Below, in pieces: positions 1 to 10,472 of a DNA stretch of 64,000 bases (position 1 is its first letter; each line of letters opens with the position of its first letter). The DNA is from a virus, in the IMG/VR virus record IMGVR_UViG_3300050821_012250, positions 1 to 64,000 of that record; one strand, given 5' to 3'. The notes beneath the pieces are model-generated. The model was not told the origin of the DNA. It ran no database searches and saw nothing but the letters and a program-made list of their open reading frames with translations. The position numbers and the translations under genes were made by a program.

Positions 1-11
1 TCGAGGCGTGG

Positions 12-1751
12 TCATGTCGTAGCCGGCTCCATAAAGGCCGTAGCGCCGATAATGTCGCGCGGCACGGGATCGGTGAAGGAAGCTTCCCAGACCCGATCAC
101 GGTCCTCGCCCAGCAGGTACCAGATGGCTCGATTACGAGTTTCACCGGCTGCGCCAATGGTCACCCATTGCTCGGTCGACCACGAGAATCCGCCATCCGG
201 GCTCCATCGAAGCATGCATTGCGGATTGGAACCCTGACCGTTCTGCAAGCCGACGCCGGGCGTGAATTCAATCTGAAGTTGCGCGAAGAACACGCGCCCG
301 CGATTCTGTTTCTGCCAGACGTGCGGCGTGCGCCTCAAAGCCCGAAGCGGAGCGCCCGCATCCGTGTAGAACTGCCGGCTCATCTGATAGAAGTTGCCGT
401 TTTCGTAATCACCGACCACACGCACATCGCCGAAATCCATGTAGCAATTGCTTCGATGGCGGTGATAGACCGCGGCATTCGGGTCCCACGAGAGACGCTT
501 GTGCCATTGGCTCGTCAGCGCGTCGTAGCACCAGGTCACATCCGCCACCGGAAAAGTGAGCATGTAGAAGAGATGCCCTTCTTCCTCATAGGCGTATCCG
601 ATCGCATCCGAGGTCACCGGATATTGCGCGATCGCATGCTCAACACCATGGTTGGAAATGCGCTGCCAGCTGTACTGCGCGCTCATGACCACGATATTCT
701 CGCCCTGTTCGTTCTTCCCGAGCCATGCGAGCTGCGCGCCCATGCGGGTGATGGAATTGACTGCCGCACATCCGATCTGTGGGCCGACACCGGGAATGCG
801 CGAAAATGCGAAGTTGGTCAGACCGGCGTTATACCAGACTTCCGTCGTGCGCTCGCCGATCAACCAGAGTTCACGATTGTTCTCGAACAGTGTGATCAGG
901 TTGTCGGTGCTCGAGTCCTTGAGCGAGAAGAATGCTCCCGGAAACAGGACCGAATACGGTGTCGGACCGGTCGTGTAGAAAGTGCGGGTGCCGGGCTGGT
1001 TGAAAATCAGCCACCCTTCAATGAAGGCAATCCGTTGAGCACCCAGAAAACCCGCATCCGTGATCTGACCGAACGGAGGAATCGTGAGTGTAATCGTTTC
1101 GGGTGCGCTCGTCTGCGTCGCGTTGGCCGACATTGTGATGGTGAGCCCGATCGTGTCAACCGACAGAATCTTGGTACCGGTCGGAATATAGCCATCCGCA
1201 TCCGACAGGATCGGCGTCGAGGCGACAATCAGGCCCACCGGGAGCGATCCGGGTAGTGTGATCGTCGGCGAATTGATTGTCGTCGATCCCTGAAAATCAT
1301 TGACGTAAGTCGCACCCGAGAGCAGGTAATAGTATCCATACATGCCATCGACGATGATCGCGTAGCCGCCTTCGCCATCGACCTGCACGCCGTTGTCGCG
1401 GATGGTGACCGGACCGGCATTGGTCAACAGCGTGCCGACCTGGGTTACAGAGTATTGCGGGATGCTTGTCTGTGTCGCGGCAACCGTGATTTTGACGAGA
1501 TAGACGATGTTTGAGACGACGATCAGGGCTTGTTGGCCTCCGGGCAAAACCCAGTCCCCGCGTGATTCGCCGGGGATGGTGGTCCATAGGGTGTTGAGGC
1601 CGGGGCAGCCGAGAAGGGCTAAGGGTTCCTTAGCCTTCGACTGATTATCAATTTCCAAATACCAGTTGATAGATTCCTGGTCGTCTTGCAATATCATTGC
1701 TGGCGTATACGCTGCGCCAACTAGGCCAAAATCAGATCCTTGATATGGCAT
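12..1751 (-). CDS. P22 gp10-like packaged-DNA stabilization (tail hub) protein with an inserted beta-rich module
   Basis: 579 aa; motifs INWY, LWLIGERTTEVW, YEEEGHLFYMLTFP..TWCYD...WH, LRWSPDGGFSWS; lies downstream of the gp4-like gene. Confidence 0.85.
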   Translation of the reverse strand: MPYQGSDFGLVGAAYTPAMILQDDQESINWYLEIDNQSKAKEPLALLGCPGLNTLWTTIPGESRGDWVLPGGQQALIVVSNIVYLVKITVAATQTSIPQYSVTQVGTLLTNAGPVTIRDNGVQVDGEGGYAIIVDGMYGYYYLLSGATYVNDFQGSTTINSPTITLPGSLPVGLIVASTPILSDADGYIPTGTKILSVDTIGLTITMSANATQTSAPETITLTIPPFGQITDAGFLGAQRIAFIEGWLIFNQPGTRTFYTTGPTPYSVLFPGAFFSLKDSSTDNLITLFENNRELWLIGERTTEVWYNAGLTNFAFSRIPGVGPQIGCAAVNSITRMGAQLAWLGKNEQGENIVVMSAQYSWQRISNHGVEHAIAQYPVTSDAIGYAYEEEGHLFYMLTFPVADVTWCYDALTSQWHKRLSWDPNAAVYHRHRSNCYMDFGDVRVVGDYENGNFYQMSRQFYTDAGAPLRALRRTPHVWQKQNRGRVFFAQLQIEFTPGVGLQNGQGSNPQCMLRWSPDGGFSWSTEQWVTIGAAGETRNRAIWYLLGEDRDRVWEASFTDPVPRDIIGATAFMEPATT

Positions 1752-1774
1752 CTTAGTTTGATGTCATGTTAGTG

Positions 1775-2950
1775 TCAGCGAAAGCCCCCGTCGATCACGA
1801 AGGAAGCGTCATTATGATTCGCATACACCAGATCCGCATCATACCGCAAAGTCGTCACCGGACTTGAATTCTGATCCTTCAACAGATTCTTCGCTTCCTT
1901 CGCCTGAAGTATCAACTGCGGCGATGGCGTCTTGCCGAACGTCGGACACAACTCCAGCGCCAACAGTTTCTTCAATGCACGATTGTAACCCTGCGGCAGA
2001 TTGACCTGCTGAGTCGGCGACGTGAACTGCGACAGAATCAGATCCGTGTATAGAAACACCTGCCCCGCGATGCTCGGATTCGGGTATACCCACAAGGTGC
2101 CAAGCGGAAACGTCGGCTGATATGCCGCGAGATACGGCCACGGACCCGGCACCGTCTTGAGTCCGATCTCGTTGTAGCGCTCGAAGGCCACGAGCTCAAA
2201 CCAATAGTCGAGCCCTGCCGCTGCCGAGGTCGTGACGCGCGTGAAGCTGCGCCGGATGCGAGCCGGACGCTGGAACGCGAAGTCACCCGGCGTCGTGTAG
2301 GTAATCAGATCGCCTGTCGTCAGGGTCTGATTGGCCGGATTCGACATGGTGACCGTGTTCGTGTTCACGGAGGCTGCGGTCGATGGCGTGCCGATCAGTG
2401 CCGGTGTCCATGAAACGCTGCTGAAACCGTTTGTGAGCGTCGCTGAGCGGAATTCGCCGTCACTGAAGGAGACGAGATAGAGTCCGCTGACGCCTGCCCA
2501 CGGGACCGTAATGACGCCGCTGGTACCGGTCGGTGCGCTGGTGAAGGTAATCGCGGTCGGCGACGTACTCGTATTGATCGCGGTGACCGTCGTACCGCTC
2601 GGGATTGATGCGAGCTGATCGGTCAGTGTCGCACCAACGATGAGATTCGTCGGGATCGATGCGCCGGTAATGACGTTGCTGTTCTGTGTCGTGTAGCCGG
2701 TGAACGGAATCGCCGAGGTCGGGTTACCGATCGTGTACTGATACTGCCCCGGCGTCCATTGGACGATGTTCTCATTCTGCGTGTAGATGAAGGCTTGATC
2801 GATTGAAAGGGAATCGAGTAAGTCATTCGCGATCTGCATGCAGACGGAGGCGATCTGGGCATTGAGCGGCTGACCGGGTGAATAGGCATTGATGTTCAGC
2901 AGTGCGCCCAGGATGATGTCGGAGGCGGTGCTGGTGACGTTGCCGGTCAT
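1775..2950 (-). CDS. P22 gp4-like head-tail adaptor with large internal beta-rich insertions
   Basis: N-terminal TASDIILGALLNI...DLLDSL and C-terminal LPQGYNRALKKLLALELCP adaptor helices; directly upstream of the gp10-like gene. Confidence 0.7.
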   Translation of the reverse strand: MTGNVTSTASDIILGALLNINAYSPGQPLNAQIASVCMQIANDLLDSLSIDQAFIYTQNENIVQWTPGQYQYTIGNPTSAIPFTGYTTQNSNVITGASIPTNLIVGATLTDQLASIPSGTTVTAINTSTSPTAITFTSAPTGTSGVITVPWAGVSGLYLVSFSDGEFRSATLTNGFSSVSWTPALIGTPSTAASVNTNTVTMSNPANQTLTTGDLITYTTPGDFAFQRPARIRRSFTRVTTSAAAGLDYWFELVAFERYNEIGLKTVPGPWPYLAAYQPTFPLGTLWVYPNPSIAGQVFLYTDLILSQFTSPTQQVNLPQGYNRALKKLLALELCPTFGKTPSPQLILQAKEAKNLLKDQNSSPVTTLRYDADLVYANHNDASFVIDGGFR

Positions 2951-3543
2951 GGGTTTTTGGGGGGTTCCTTGGTCGCCGTCATGGTTGCTACGATGTCCAT
3001 TATCGAGTCGCGGTAGTTAGCCATCGCATATTGCTGGTACTCGGTGTTCCGCACGCCCAGCTCGGGCCGCATCGTGTATCCCCAAGTGCAATTTAGATTG
3101 CATGAATATCCCTTCGGATTGTGAGCGATATCGACGTGAGGGGCATTCTGATTGCGCCACAAACGATCCAAGTAAAAAAATCCGAACTCGCTGAAGGGCT
3201 CTGCATGACTGGGATCACCGTAGTGACGGTTAGATGCCCAATGCGGAAAGATCAATGTGCATTGAGCCATTGGTTTCAACACCCTATATATCTCGTTGAA
3301 AAAATGGACGCGTTCGAAGCGACCATTCATGTTAGTAAGGTGCTCTACAAAGTGGCTGGAATGAATCTCGGATACCGTCGAGTCTTCGAACGGCCATCGT
3401 TCTGTACCAGCGTCGCAAACGATATCCACGCCGTCGAACTTAATGCGATCCAGGCCGGTCCAGTCAGGGCCTTTTTTATGCGGACCACATCCGATATCCA
3501 ACTTAATTTCTGGTGACTCGTCTGATTTTACTACTGCGTTCAT
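2947..3543 (-). CDS. Class I SAM-dependent methyltransferase
   Basis: LDIGCG motif I, WPFEDSTV, HFVEHL, EIYRVLKP, GDPSH. Confidence 0.85.
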   Translation of the reverse strand: MNAVVKSDESPEIKLDIGCGPHKKGPDWTGLDRIKFDGVDIVCDAGTERWPFEDSTVSEIHSSHFVEHLTNMNGRFERVHFFNEIYRVLKPMAQCTLIFPHWASNRHYGDPSHAEPFSEFGFFYLDRLWRNQNAPHVDIAHNPKGYSCNLNCTWGYTMRPELGVRNTEYQQYAMANYRDSIMDIVATMTATKEPPKNP

Positions 3544-3695
3544 TTATTTGTTTCCGATAAATGCGATGGCCCTAAGAAGTTTCCATCCGATGCGGCGGTC
3601 GTAATTCAAAGGATGGCAATAACTCCAATACATATGTTCGCGATGTAGCTTCTGCGCGATCACAAATGCAATCCGGCGAAATAGCGGCAGAATTT

Positions 3696-4451
3696 TCACC
3701 AGCAGATCCCTTCCGGTCCATATGCCCCAGAAAAGTCCAGATGGCCTACGCGCACCGAACAATCGATACCACAACGATATCCATACTTGCGCGCTTCCGA
3801 CCAAAAAGCGAGATCCTGAGTCCCGATTCCTTGGCCATTTCCTCCATTCAACGTTCTGAATAATGGCCGTTTGATTCGTTCATCCTTAAACATTTTTATT
3901 CGCCACAAGTTGAATCCCATACTAGTTCCACAACACTCAACAAGTCCTCCATTGACATCAGGAGGCTGCGGACGGAAATTCAAACCTGTTGGATCTTTTG
4001 GATCACCCCAGACGTGGGGCGCATTGATGCCGCCCGGTCCTTTACAAAAATATAGGCCACCTATACAACTCAACTCTGGATGTTGCTCCATACGCTCCAG
4101 AAGTTTGATCACGCCATCAGGCGGAGGAGTGTTATCGCTCTCGATGGTAAGTATGTATTCCCACTGGCTCAACTCAGGATGAGCCAAAATGCCTTCGATG
4201 GCCTGCGAATAAGCGTCTCCAACCTCCATACCCTGCGCCAGAATTCTAACGACACCATTGTTAGGTGGGAATGCCAAATTCCAATGCGATAAAGCTACCT
4301 TCGCAGGAATCATGTCGGCGGCTGGCAAGATAACCACGATTCGTTGCTTTCTCCATGAACCGCCTTTCATTATTTGAGCGCGAACGTGATTCAGATCCTT
4401 ACTATGCTCCCCTCCAAGATCCTGCACCACCAACGCCGGCTTATTCCCCAT
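3696..4451 (-). CDS. GT-A fold glycosyltransferase-like protein
   Basis: YILTIESD (DxD-like), GGLYF, MGFNL, TQDLAFW, IDCSVRVGH; ATG at 4451 overlaps the upstream TGA. Confidence 0.7.
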   Translation of the reverse strand: MGNKPALVVQDLGGEHSKDLNHVRAQIMKGGSWRKQRIVVILPAADMIPAKVALSHWNLAFPPNNGVVRILAQGMEVGDAYSQAIEGILAHPELSQWEYILTIESDNTPPPDGVIKLLERMEQHPELSCIGGLYFCKGPGGINAPHVWGDPKDPTGLNFRPQPPDVNGGLVECCGTSMGFNLWRIKMFKDERIKRPLFRTLNGGNGQGIGTQDLAFWSEARKYGYRCGIDCSVRVGHLDFSGAYGPEGICW

Positions 4452-5104
4452 CACGACACCCACGCAATCGAAGCAGTATTTGTCGTCGTGTTCGGCGCAA
4501 TCGCCCCGATGACGCCATTGAAATCATCATTACTGGTAAACGTCGTCGTCGCGGTTCCTGTTGTTCCAGCGGAAGCCTGCGCGATATGCGAGCACGCCAG
4601 CGTCGCATTACCCGTGAACGACACGCCTGTCCATCCGCTCTGATAGGAGATAATGGTGTTACCGCCGGTCCCATTGGTCACGAAACACATATTCAACGTG
4701 TTGGCGACGGTGGTCGTGACCGCAGTGTCCGTTATGGCCGTCGCGCCTGTCGCCGCATCGCCGGTGCCCAGCGCGTTGAACGGATTGCCGCTCGTCACCG
4801 CGCCCGTGATCAGGTGAATCCACCCTGACATACCGGTCGCCGTGCCGCCGCCGGTGAATGTGTAGCTTGCCGGCTCGCTTGAGGCGTAGCGATAGAACAG
4901 ATACAGAGAATCGGATGTATTGGACGTGGCCAACGCCTGCGTCCAGCCGGCACAGGTCGGCGCTGCTGCGGTCTGCGGCGTCTGCCAGATCTGGGCAATC
5001 ATCAGATTGCCGTTCACGGTACCGGCCGGTACGTTGACCGTGACGGTCGCGGCGCCATTGAAAACGGGATTGCCGCTGTTGCCAGCGTAGACAGGGCCTG
5101 CCAT
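4451..5104 (-). CDS. Putative virion surface protein (T/G/A-rich, beta)
   Basis: 217 aa; VPAGTVNGNLMIA and FYRYASSEPASYTFT; lies in the structural operon; no Lys. Confidence 0.55.
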   Translation of the reverse strand: MAGPVYAGNSGNPVFNGAATVTVNVPAGTVNGNLMIAQIWQTPQTAAAPTCAGWTQALATSNTSDSLYLFYRYASSEPASYTFTGGGTATGMSGWIHLITGAVTSGNPFNALGTGDAATGATAITDTAVTTTVANTLNMCFVTNGTGGNTIISYQSGWTGVSFTGNATLACSHIAQASAGTTGTATTTFTSNDDFNGVIGAIAPNTTTNTASIAWVS

Positions 5105-5129
5105 CAGCCAAACTCCTCAGAATCAAAAA

Positions 5130-6596
5130 TCAAGGCCATATGACATGCCCCTGCAGTGTGGGATTACGGTTCGCATCGGTGGTAAACACATAGCCGTTGG
5201 AGCCTGAAGCCATCATGCCGCGTCGTAAGAGGGCGATATTGATGCTGGTGTTGGACCAGCCCGAAGCCGCCACAATCTGCGGTTCGCGCACGGTTGCGGC
5301 GAGCCACGTCGGGGAATCCTGAATCCAGACGCCGTACCACGAATCATCTACGAAGACATCCGCATAATTGATATAACCGCCAAGGGGTGCGTTGGCTCGC
5401 GCCGAGGTACCATCGACAATGTAATGACAGGGATAAATGCGCAGGATATTGCCGCCGCCATTGACGGCGTTGGTCAGTCCTGAATTCGAGGAATTCAGAA
5501 ATTTCCACGAATTAGTTTGATAGCTGACGTTCGGAAAATTCCAGACCGCATAAGAGCAGACACCGCCCGAAGTGAAGGCACTGAACGCGGAGGTATTGAT
5601 TCCGACCGTCGCGGTCCAGGCGCCCGAGGAGCCGCCGGCTGCGGTCACATGCCCAGTCAGTCCGTTGATCTGTGTCATGCCTCCGACGCCACCGAAAACA
5701 AGTTGTTGCTCGTTATTGCCGAGCTGTTCGAACGGATTGGTCGACTGCGTGGAGCTGGAGGTCACTACACAAGAAGACGCTTGCGTAATGTTGGATATCG
5801 CGAAGGTCAGTCCAGCGCCGAATACATTCCAGTTGTAATTCGCATCCGTGGCCGATGAGGAGGAATTGCATTGCGTCAGGTTTTCGCTGGTGAGCCATGT
5901 ATCTTGCACACCCTCGTAGGCTCCTCGGGCCAGCGGATCGGCGTTGTAATCCGGCGAAGGAGACCAGTCGACAGTGATATCCTCTACCTCGAAACGACCA
6001 TTGCAGGGCGGCGAATAGAAATCGGGCTGAACTTCACCAGAGCCAATACCGCCCGTGCGTGCCCAACACCGGAAATTCTTGGTGTTGTATTGTCCTGGAG
6101 AAGATCCGTCGCCTTCCAGAAATCCCATGGCGTGTCGCAGTACCTTGGTCGACACGCACATCTTCTGACCGTAACTGTTGATCGCGTAGGCGTAACCGGA
6201 CCAACCGGGATCGGAATCCACATCGAATCCCAATACCCATGAAGTCTGCGTGCCCGTGCCTCCCGGTCCCGGATTGGCAGCACCGCTGTAATAGCCAACG
6301 TTGCTGGGACCGCCGCCGACCGTGGCCACAAGTCCTGTGCTCGGCGCGCTCCATGTCGTGACGCGTCCCAATGAGCTTGGATTGGTCGCGTTTCCGGGTG
6401 CCCAGATCAGAGGTTGGGAAGCATTGGGTTTGGTGCCGAAACCGGTTCCATTCAAGGTCACAGAACCCTGGTCGACGATGGTGCCGGTCATGGTCTGACT
6501 ACCGACCGGGATGAAACTGCCGCCACTGCCTGCGGTTGAAAATACATTACCGGCCGCGCCCACAATGTGGGAGCCAATCATGTAGATGTTTGACAT
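5130..6596 (-). CDS. Putative virion protein with an FCCH-like beta-barrel insert
   Basis: 488 aa; insert ISNITQASSCVVT...GVGGMTQING...INTSAFSAFTSGG resembles the E1-FCCH-like module seen in phage structural proteins. Confidence 0.55.
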   Translation of the reverse strand: MSNIYMIGSHIVGAAGNVFSTAGSGGSFIPVGSQTMTGTIVDQGSVTLNGTGFGTKPNASQPLIWAPGNATNPSSLGRVTTWSAPSTGLVATVGGGPSNVGYYSGAANPGPGGTGTQTSWVLGFDVDSDPGWSGYAYAINSYGQKMCVSTKVLRHAMGFLEGDGSSPGQYNTKNFRCWARTGGIGSGEVQPDFYSPPCNGRFEVEDITVDWSPSPDYNADPLARGAYEGVQDTWLTSENLTQCNSSSSATDANYNWNVFGAGLTFAISNITQASSCVVTSSSTQSTNPFEQLGNNEQQLVFGGVGGMTQINGLTGHVTAAGGSSGAWTATVGINTSAFSAFTSGGVCSYAVWNFPNVSYQTNSWKFLNSSNSGLTNAVNGGGNILRIYPCHYIVDGTSARANAPLGGYINYADVFVDDSWYGVWIQDSPTWLAATVREPQIVAASGWSNTSINIALLRRGMMASGSNGYVFTTDANRNPTLQGHVIWP

Positions 6597-6599
6597 GGA

Positions 6600-9443
6600 T
6601 CAGGCGGTCATATTGACGAATTGCACAGGGGCATAGTAATCCACCGCATTGCCTCCCGATCCCGCGCCTAGAATCTGCGATAGACCCATCGATGAAGGCA
6701 GGGCCGCGGAACTGGCCGAATAGAATCCCTGACCGGGCACAAATTGCATGCTGTTGACCTGTGTCTGACCGATCAAACCTTGCAACTGCGGACCGGGACC
6801 CAATGGCACCACCACATTGCTTAGGCTGATTGCATTCGAGTTCGCGAATGTTGTATTCGACATCATACCCACGAACAGATCAAAACCGCCCGTATAGTTC
6901 ACATTGATGGGCGCCGAGAATCGACGGATACCCGATAGTGAGGCCGATGATCCGTTGCTGTTGTTGGTCCAGGCATAAGATTGCGATCCGCTGGAGGCCA
7001 ACGACAATGTTGATCCATTGAGCGAATAGAGCCCCACATACAGAGATAATGTCTGCGCTTGCGTCGAAAGAACCAACGCCGAAAGCGAGACCGATGCCAT
7101 CATATCGACGCGACTGGCCGTGAACGGAAATGCCGCGATTGCCGGATACACCTGAACGCTACCCAGTCCATTTTGCGTGACCGTCGTGTTCTGCGCAGGT
7201 CCCAGAGGCTGAAAAAATGACAACTGCGGAATGGCGGCCCCGATACTGATCGTGCTGCCGTTGACTGAGATGGAAGCCATTCCCGTTGCGCTCAGGCTGG
7301 AAGTCGCAGGCGCCGACAGTTGGATGCTACCGTTGGAGAAGCCCACCGATAGCGCGCCCAATCCATCAAATGACACGGTGTTCTGTGCCAGACTCGTTGA
7401 GCTATTCTGCGTGGTATTGCCCACCGCGTAGAGACCCAGCGTCGAGAGCTGTGACGCTGAAATTTGAATCGAGCCATTCGAGTAGCCGACCGTCGCGATT
7501 CCAAGTCCGTTGAAGCTGAGCGCCGACTGATTGAGCGTGGTGGAGCTGTTCTGCGTGGTATTGCCCAACGCGTACAGGCCGACCGTGCTGATACCATTCG
7601 CGCTCGCCGTAATCGTCGAGCCGTTGAGCCCGAAGGAGACGCCGTTGGAATTGGAGAAGACGACGGAGCCAAGGTTGCTGCTTGTCGTGCCGGCTGAGAA
7701 ATTGACCGAGCCTGCTCCGCCAGCTGCACCGCTGACTACCACGCTACCGTTGCTCACACCCACGGAGACGCCACCAGCGCCCGCGAAGGAAAGCGCGGTA
7801 CCATTCACGGTCCCGCTGCTCGATTGCGTCGTATTGCTCACGGCGTAAGCCGTCAGGGCATTCGCACCGATGGAGATCGTCGAGCCGTTGACCGAGATGG
7901 AGACGAGTCCGGTACCTGAGATCGACGATGTGGCCGGTGCCGAAACCTGGATGGAGCCATTGGAATAGCCCCAGGTCATGGCACCCAGCGCGTTGAAACT
8001 CAGTGCTGACTGGTTCAGCGTCGTGCTGGAATTCTGCGTCGTGTTGCCGAGCGCGTAGAGGCCTGCGGTGGAAGCGCCACCAGCCGCGCCGGCACTGATG
8101 ACCACACTGCCATTGCTGATGCCGACCGACGCGCCGCCCGCACCGGCGAACGACAGAGCCGTGCCTGCTACCGTGCCGCTCGAGGACTGCGTCGTGTTGC
8201 TGACCGCGTAGGCCGACAGATTGAATGCTGTCGTAGCGGGCGCGGAAATGATGAGCGAATTGCTGGACCAGCCCGCGCTGATGATGCCGGCGCCCGAAAC
8301 GTTGAGCGAGCCGACAGTGTAGGTGCTCTGACTTGATTGACCGGTGGTGTTGCCCGCGAAATAGATCGCCTCCGTCTGACTGCTGCCGGCCGCGCCGGAC
8401 AATGCCAGATTCAGACCGGCGCTATTGAGGGTCATCGACCCGGAGACATTGGTTCCCGCAAAGGTCGTTCCGGTGCCGGCAAACTGGGTGCTGTTGTAAC
8501 TTCCGGTGATGGTGCCGTTGTTCAGACCGAAGCTGAATCCATTGGAATTCGAGAACGTGAGTCCGCCAAAAGCACCTGTGGTCGTGCCGGCTGATACCGA
8601 GAGATTCGCGGCCGCTGCGGTATTGGCTGAGATCGTGACGCTGTTGCCGTTCTGGCTGAGCGTGACATTGTTGCCGCCGGCCAAGAACAGCGTGCCGGTG
8701 CTGATGAGCGCGAGCACGCCGGAAGTATTGCCGCCGAGAGAGGCATTGACGCCGCCGCCCGCTGCGGAGGCCGTCACAGTCGAGCCGTTCATACCGAACG
8801 ACACGCCATTGGCGTTGCTGAAAAGGATGTTGCCGGCAGACTGTGAGCTGCCATTGGCGCTGATGCCGACGCCGCTTTCAGTCGGCGATGAGATCGATAG
8901 CGCCAATCCATTGCTATTGAGCGCCATGGATCCAGAAACGTTCGTGCCGGCGAAAGTCGTGCCCAGACCCGCGAATTGCGTGCTGTTATAACTTGCCGTT
9001 ACTCCGCCGCCCGTCGTCGATCCGAAGCTGATGCCGTTCGAATTGATGAAATTGGCGGTACCGCTGGTATACGTTGTATTGGGAAGCTGGATCGCGCCGA
9101 TGCCTGCAGCCGCGCCCGGCGTCACGGTTGCGGTGATGACTCCGGCGGTGTTCATGCCAAACGTCACGCCATTGGAATTGGCGAACGACACCGTACCGGA
9201 GCTCACCGAGTTGGTGCCAGCCTCGATCAGCAGCGAGCCATGGCCGATCGCGACCCACGTGTTGACGCCGGCTACACTCTCGACGACGCACAAACCCAGG
9301 TCGGAGGTCAGTGCGACAAAGCCGAGGCCGAAATTCGCAGCGGGCGGCAAGGTCGCGAACGTATAGACGACATTGCTGCCGATCGCGATGCTTTCCGGCA
9401 TGCTGTTCGGCAAGCCCTGTACATTAGGTCCCGGATTCGGCAT
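6600..9443 (-). CDS. Large repetitive fibre-like virion protein
   Basis: 947 aa; repeats FSNSNGVSFG and YAxGNTTQxSS...SNGSI; S/G/N/T/A-rich, no Lys. Confidence 0.65.
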   Translation of the reverse strand: MPNPGPNVQGLPNSMPESIAIGSNVVYTFATLPPAANFGLGFVALTSDLGLCVVESVAGVNTWVAIGHGSLLIEAGTNSVSSGTVSFANSNGVTFGMNTAGVITATVTPGAAAGIGAIQLPNTTYTSGTANFINSNGISFGSTTGGGVTASYNSTQFAGLGTTFAGTNVSGSMALNSNGLALSISSPTESGVGISANGSSQSAGNILFSNANGVSFGMNGSTVTASAAGGGVNASLGGNTSGVLALISTGTLFLAGGNNVTLSQNGNSVTISANTAAAANLSVSAGTTTGAFGGLTFSNSNGFSFGLNNGTITGSYNSTQFAGTGTTFAGTNVSGSMTLNSAGLNLALSGAAGSSQTEAIYFAGNTTGQSSQSTYTVGSLNVSGAGIISAGWSSNSLIISAPATTAFNLSAYAVSNTTQSSSGTVAGTALSFAGAGGASVGISNGSVVISAGAAGGASTAGLYALGNTTQNSSTTLNQSALSFNALGAMTWGYSNGSIQVSAPATSSISGTGLVSISVNGSTISIGANALTAYAVSNTTQSSSGTVNGTALSFAGAGGVSVGVSNGSVVVSGAAGGAGSVNFSAGTTSSNLGSVVFSNSNGVSFGLNGSTITASANGISTVGLYALGNTTQNSSTTLNQSALSFNGLGIATVGYSNGSIQISASQLSTLGLYAVGNTTQNSSTSLAQNTVSFDGLGALSVGFSNGSIQLSAPATSSLSATGMASISVNGSTISIGAAIPQLSFFQPLGPAQNTTVTQNGLGSVQVYPAIAAFPFTASRVDMMASVSLSALVLSTQAQTLSLYVGLYSLNGSTLSLASSGSQSYAWTNNSNGSSASLSGIRRFSAPINVNYTGGFDLFVGMMSNTTFANSNAISLSNVVVPLGPGPQLQGLIGQTQVNSMQFVPGQGFYSASSAALPSSMGLSQILGAGSGGNAVDYYAPVQFVNMTA

Positions 9444-9457
9444 TACATCGTCCTCAG

Positions 9458-9736
9458 TTAATCGGTGCCGTCAAAAGAATTCCGCTTGAGCGGCTTGATG
9501 AGACGCGGGGCCTCGCGGCCCGGTTCGATCTTTCCGGGCAGCGCTGAAGCCGCACGCGGCTTCAGTCCGGAACCTGAGGATTGGATACAGTCGCTCGCGA
9601 AAGCCTCGGGCATGCGCTCGTAATGCGTATGCTGAGATGCTGGACCACCAGCGGGAATATCCGGAGCGTGCTCGACCGGCGCATGCGGAGTACCGACTTC
9701 GGTACTCGTGGTGATCCGGCTCGGCTCGTTGGGCAT
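9458..9736 (-). CDS. Hypothetical protein (likely disordered)
   Basis: 92 aa; start overlaps the upstream stop codon. Confidence 0.5.
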   Translation of the reverse strand: MPNEPSRITTSTEVGTPHAPVEHAPDIPAGGPASQHTHYERMPEAFASDCIQSSGSGLKPRAASALPGKIEPGREAPRLIKPLKRNSFDGTD

Positions 9737-10110
9737 CAGACGCCAGCGCCTCGCGTGAAGATTACCGCGGTATTCGTACCAGGCGCGGTACCCAGAATCA
9801 CACTCACCGCCGCCACTTCACTGTTGACCGTGACGGTACGGCACACACCGGGTGCCACCGGAAAGCTCGCCGCGACCGTTGCCGCGACTTCCTCGGTGGT
9901 ATTGCGCGAGAAATTGACGTACGCCCATGCGGTGGTCGTATTGGCGATCTGGATCTGATTGAGATCGCTGTTGCCCGTGGTGTTACCGGGAAGCGTGGCG
10001 GAGGCCGCAGCCGAGTTACTTCCTGTCACCGTGACGCTCGCGATCAGTGAGCCGGCGCCAGATCCCGAATTCGGCCCGTAGAGCGGTGCAAAAGGACGTT
10101 GATCGTACAT
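9736..10110 (-). CDS. Small putative virion protein
   Basis: 124 aa, beta-rich, C-terminal IFTRGAGV; in the structural operon. Confidence 0.55.
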   Translation of the reverse strand: MYDQRPFAPLYGPNSGSGAGSLIASVTVTGSNSAAASATLPGNTTGNSDLNQIQIANTTTAWAYVNFSRNTTEEVAATVAASFPVAPGVCRTVTVNSEVAAVSVILGTAPGTNTAVIFTRGAGV

Positions 10111-10112
10111 GA

Positions 10113-10460
10113 CTACGCGCTGATGCCGGACGGCGCCGAGGCGCTTTCGCCGTAGTTCTCGTAGCGCGCCACGAAAACGGTATAGACGGAACTGGCTGTC
10201 GGCGTGATGGTCGCGGCCGTGAGATTGCCGAACGTGATGCCGATCGTGCCATTCGCGGTCGCGCGCGTGTTGGTAATGGTCAAGCCGGCCTGTGGCGCAC
10301 CGGAATTGTTGGCATTGACGTAATCGCCGAGATGCAAACCGGGAACCGTGAATGTCTGTTCCGCCGAGGTATTCGGCGCGACAGAGGTCGGACTCAATGT
10401 CAAATTCAGCACCATCACCAGACTGACGTTGCCGATCGTGTTCGTTGCGGGACCACCCAT
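10113..10460 (-). CDS. Small putative virion (decoration-like) protein
   Basis: 115 aa; SVAPNTSAEQTFTVPGL..GDYV motif; AGGAG RBS. Confidence 0.55.
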   Translation of the reverse strand: MGGPATNTIGNVSLVMVLNLTLSPTSVAPNTSAEQTFTVPGLHLGDYVNANNSGAPQAGLTITNTRATANGTIGITFGNLTAATITPTASSVYTVFVARYENYGESASAPSGISA

Positions 10461-10472
10461 GTTGAAACTCTC

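Noticed and set aside
168-1256. Long plus-strand ORF, and similar antisense ORFs across the structural genes
   Set aside because: Shadow frames of GC-rich minus-strand genes, with no recognisable motifs
6600-9443. DNA repeats as a CRISPR array or DGR template/variable repeat
   Set aside because: They are in-frame protein repeats with synonymous divergence; no spacers, no adenine-specific pattern noticed, and no reverse transcriptase in the window
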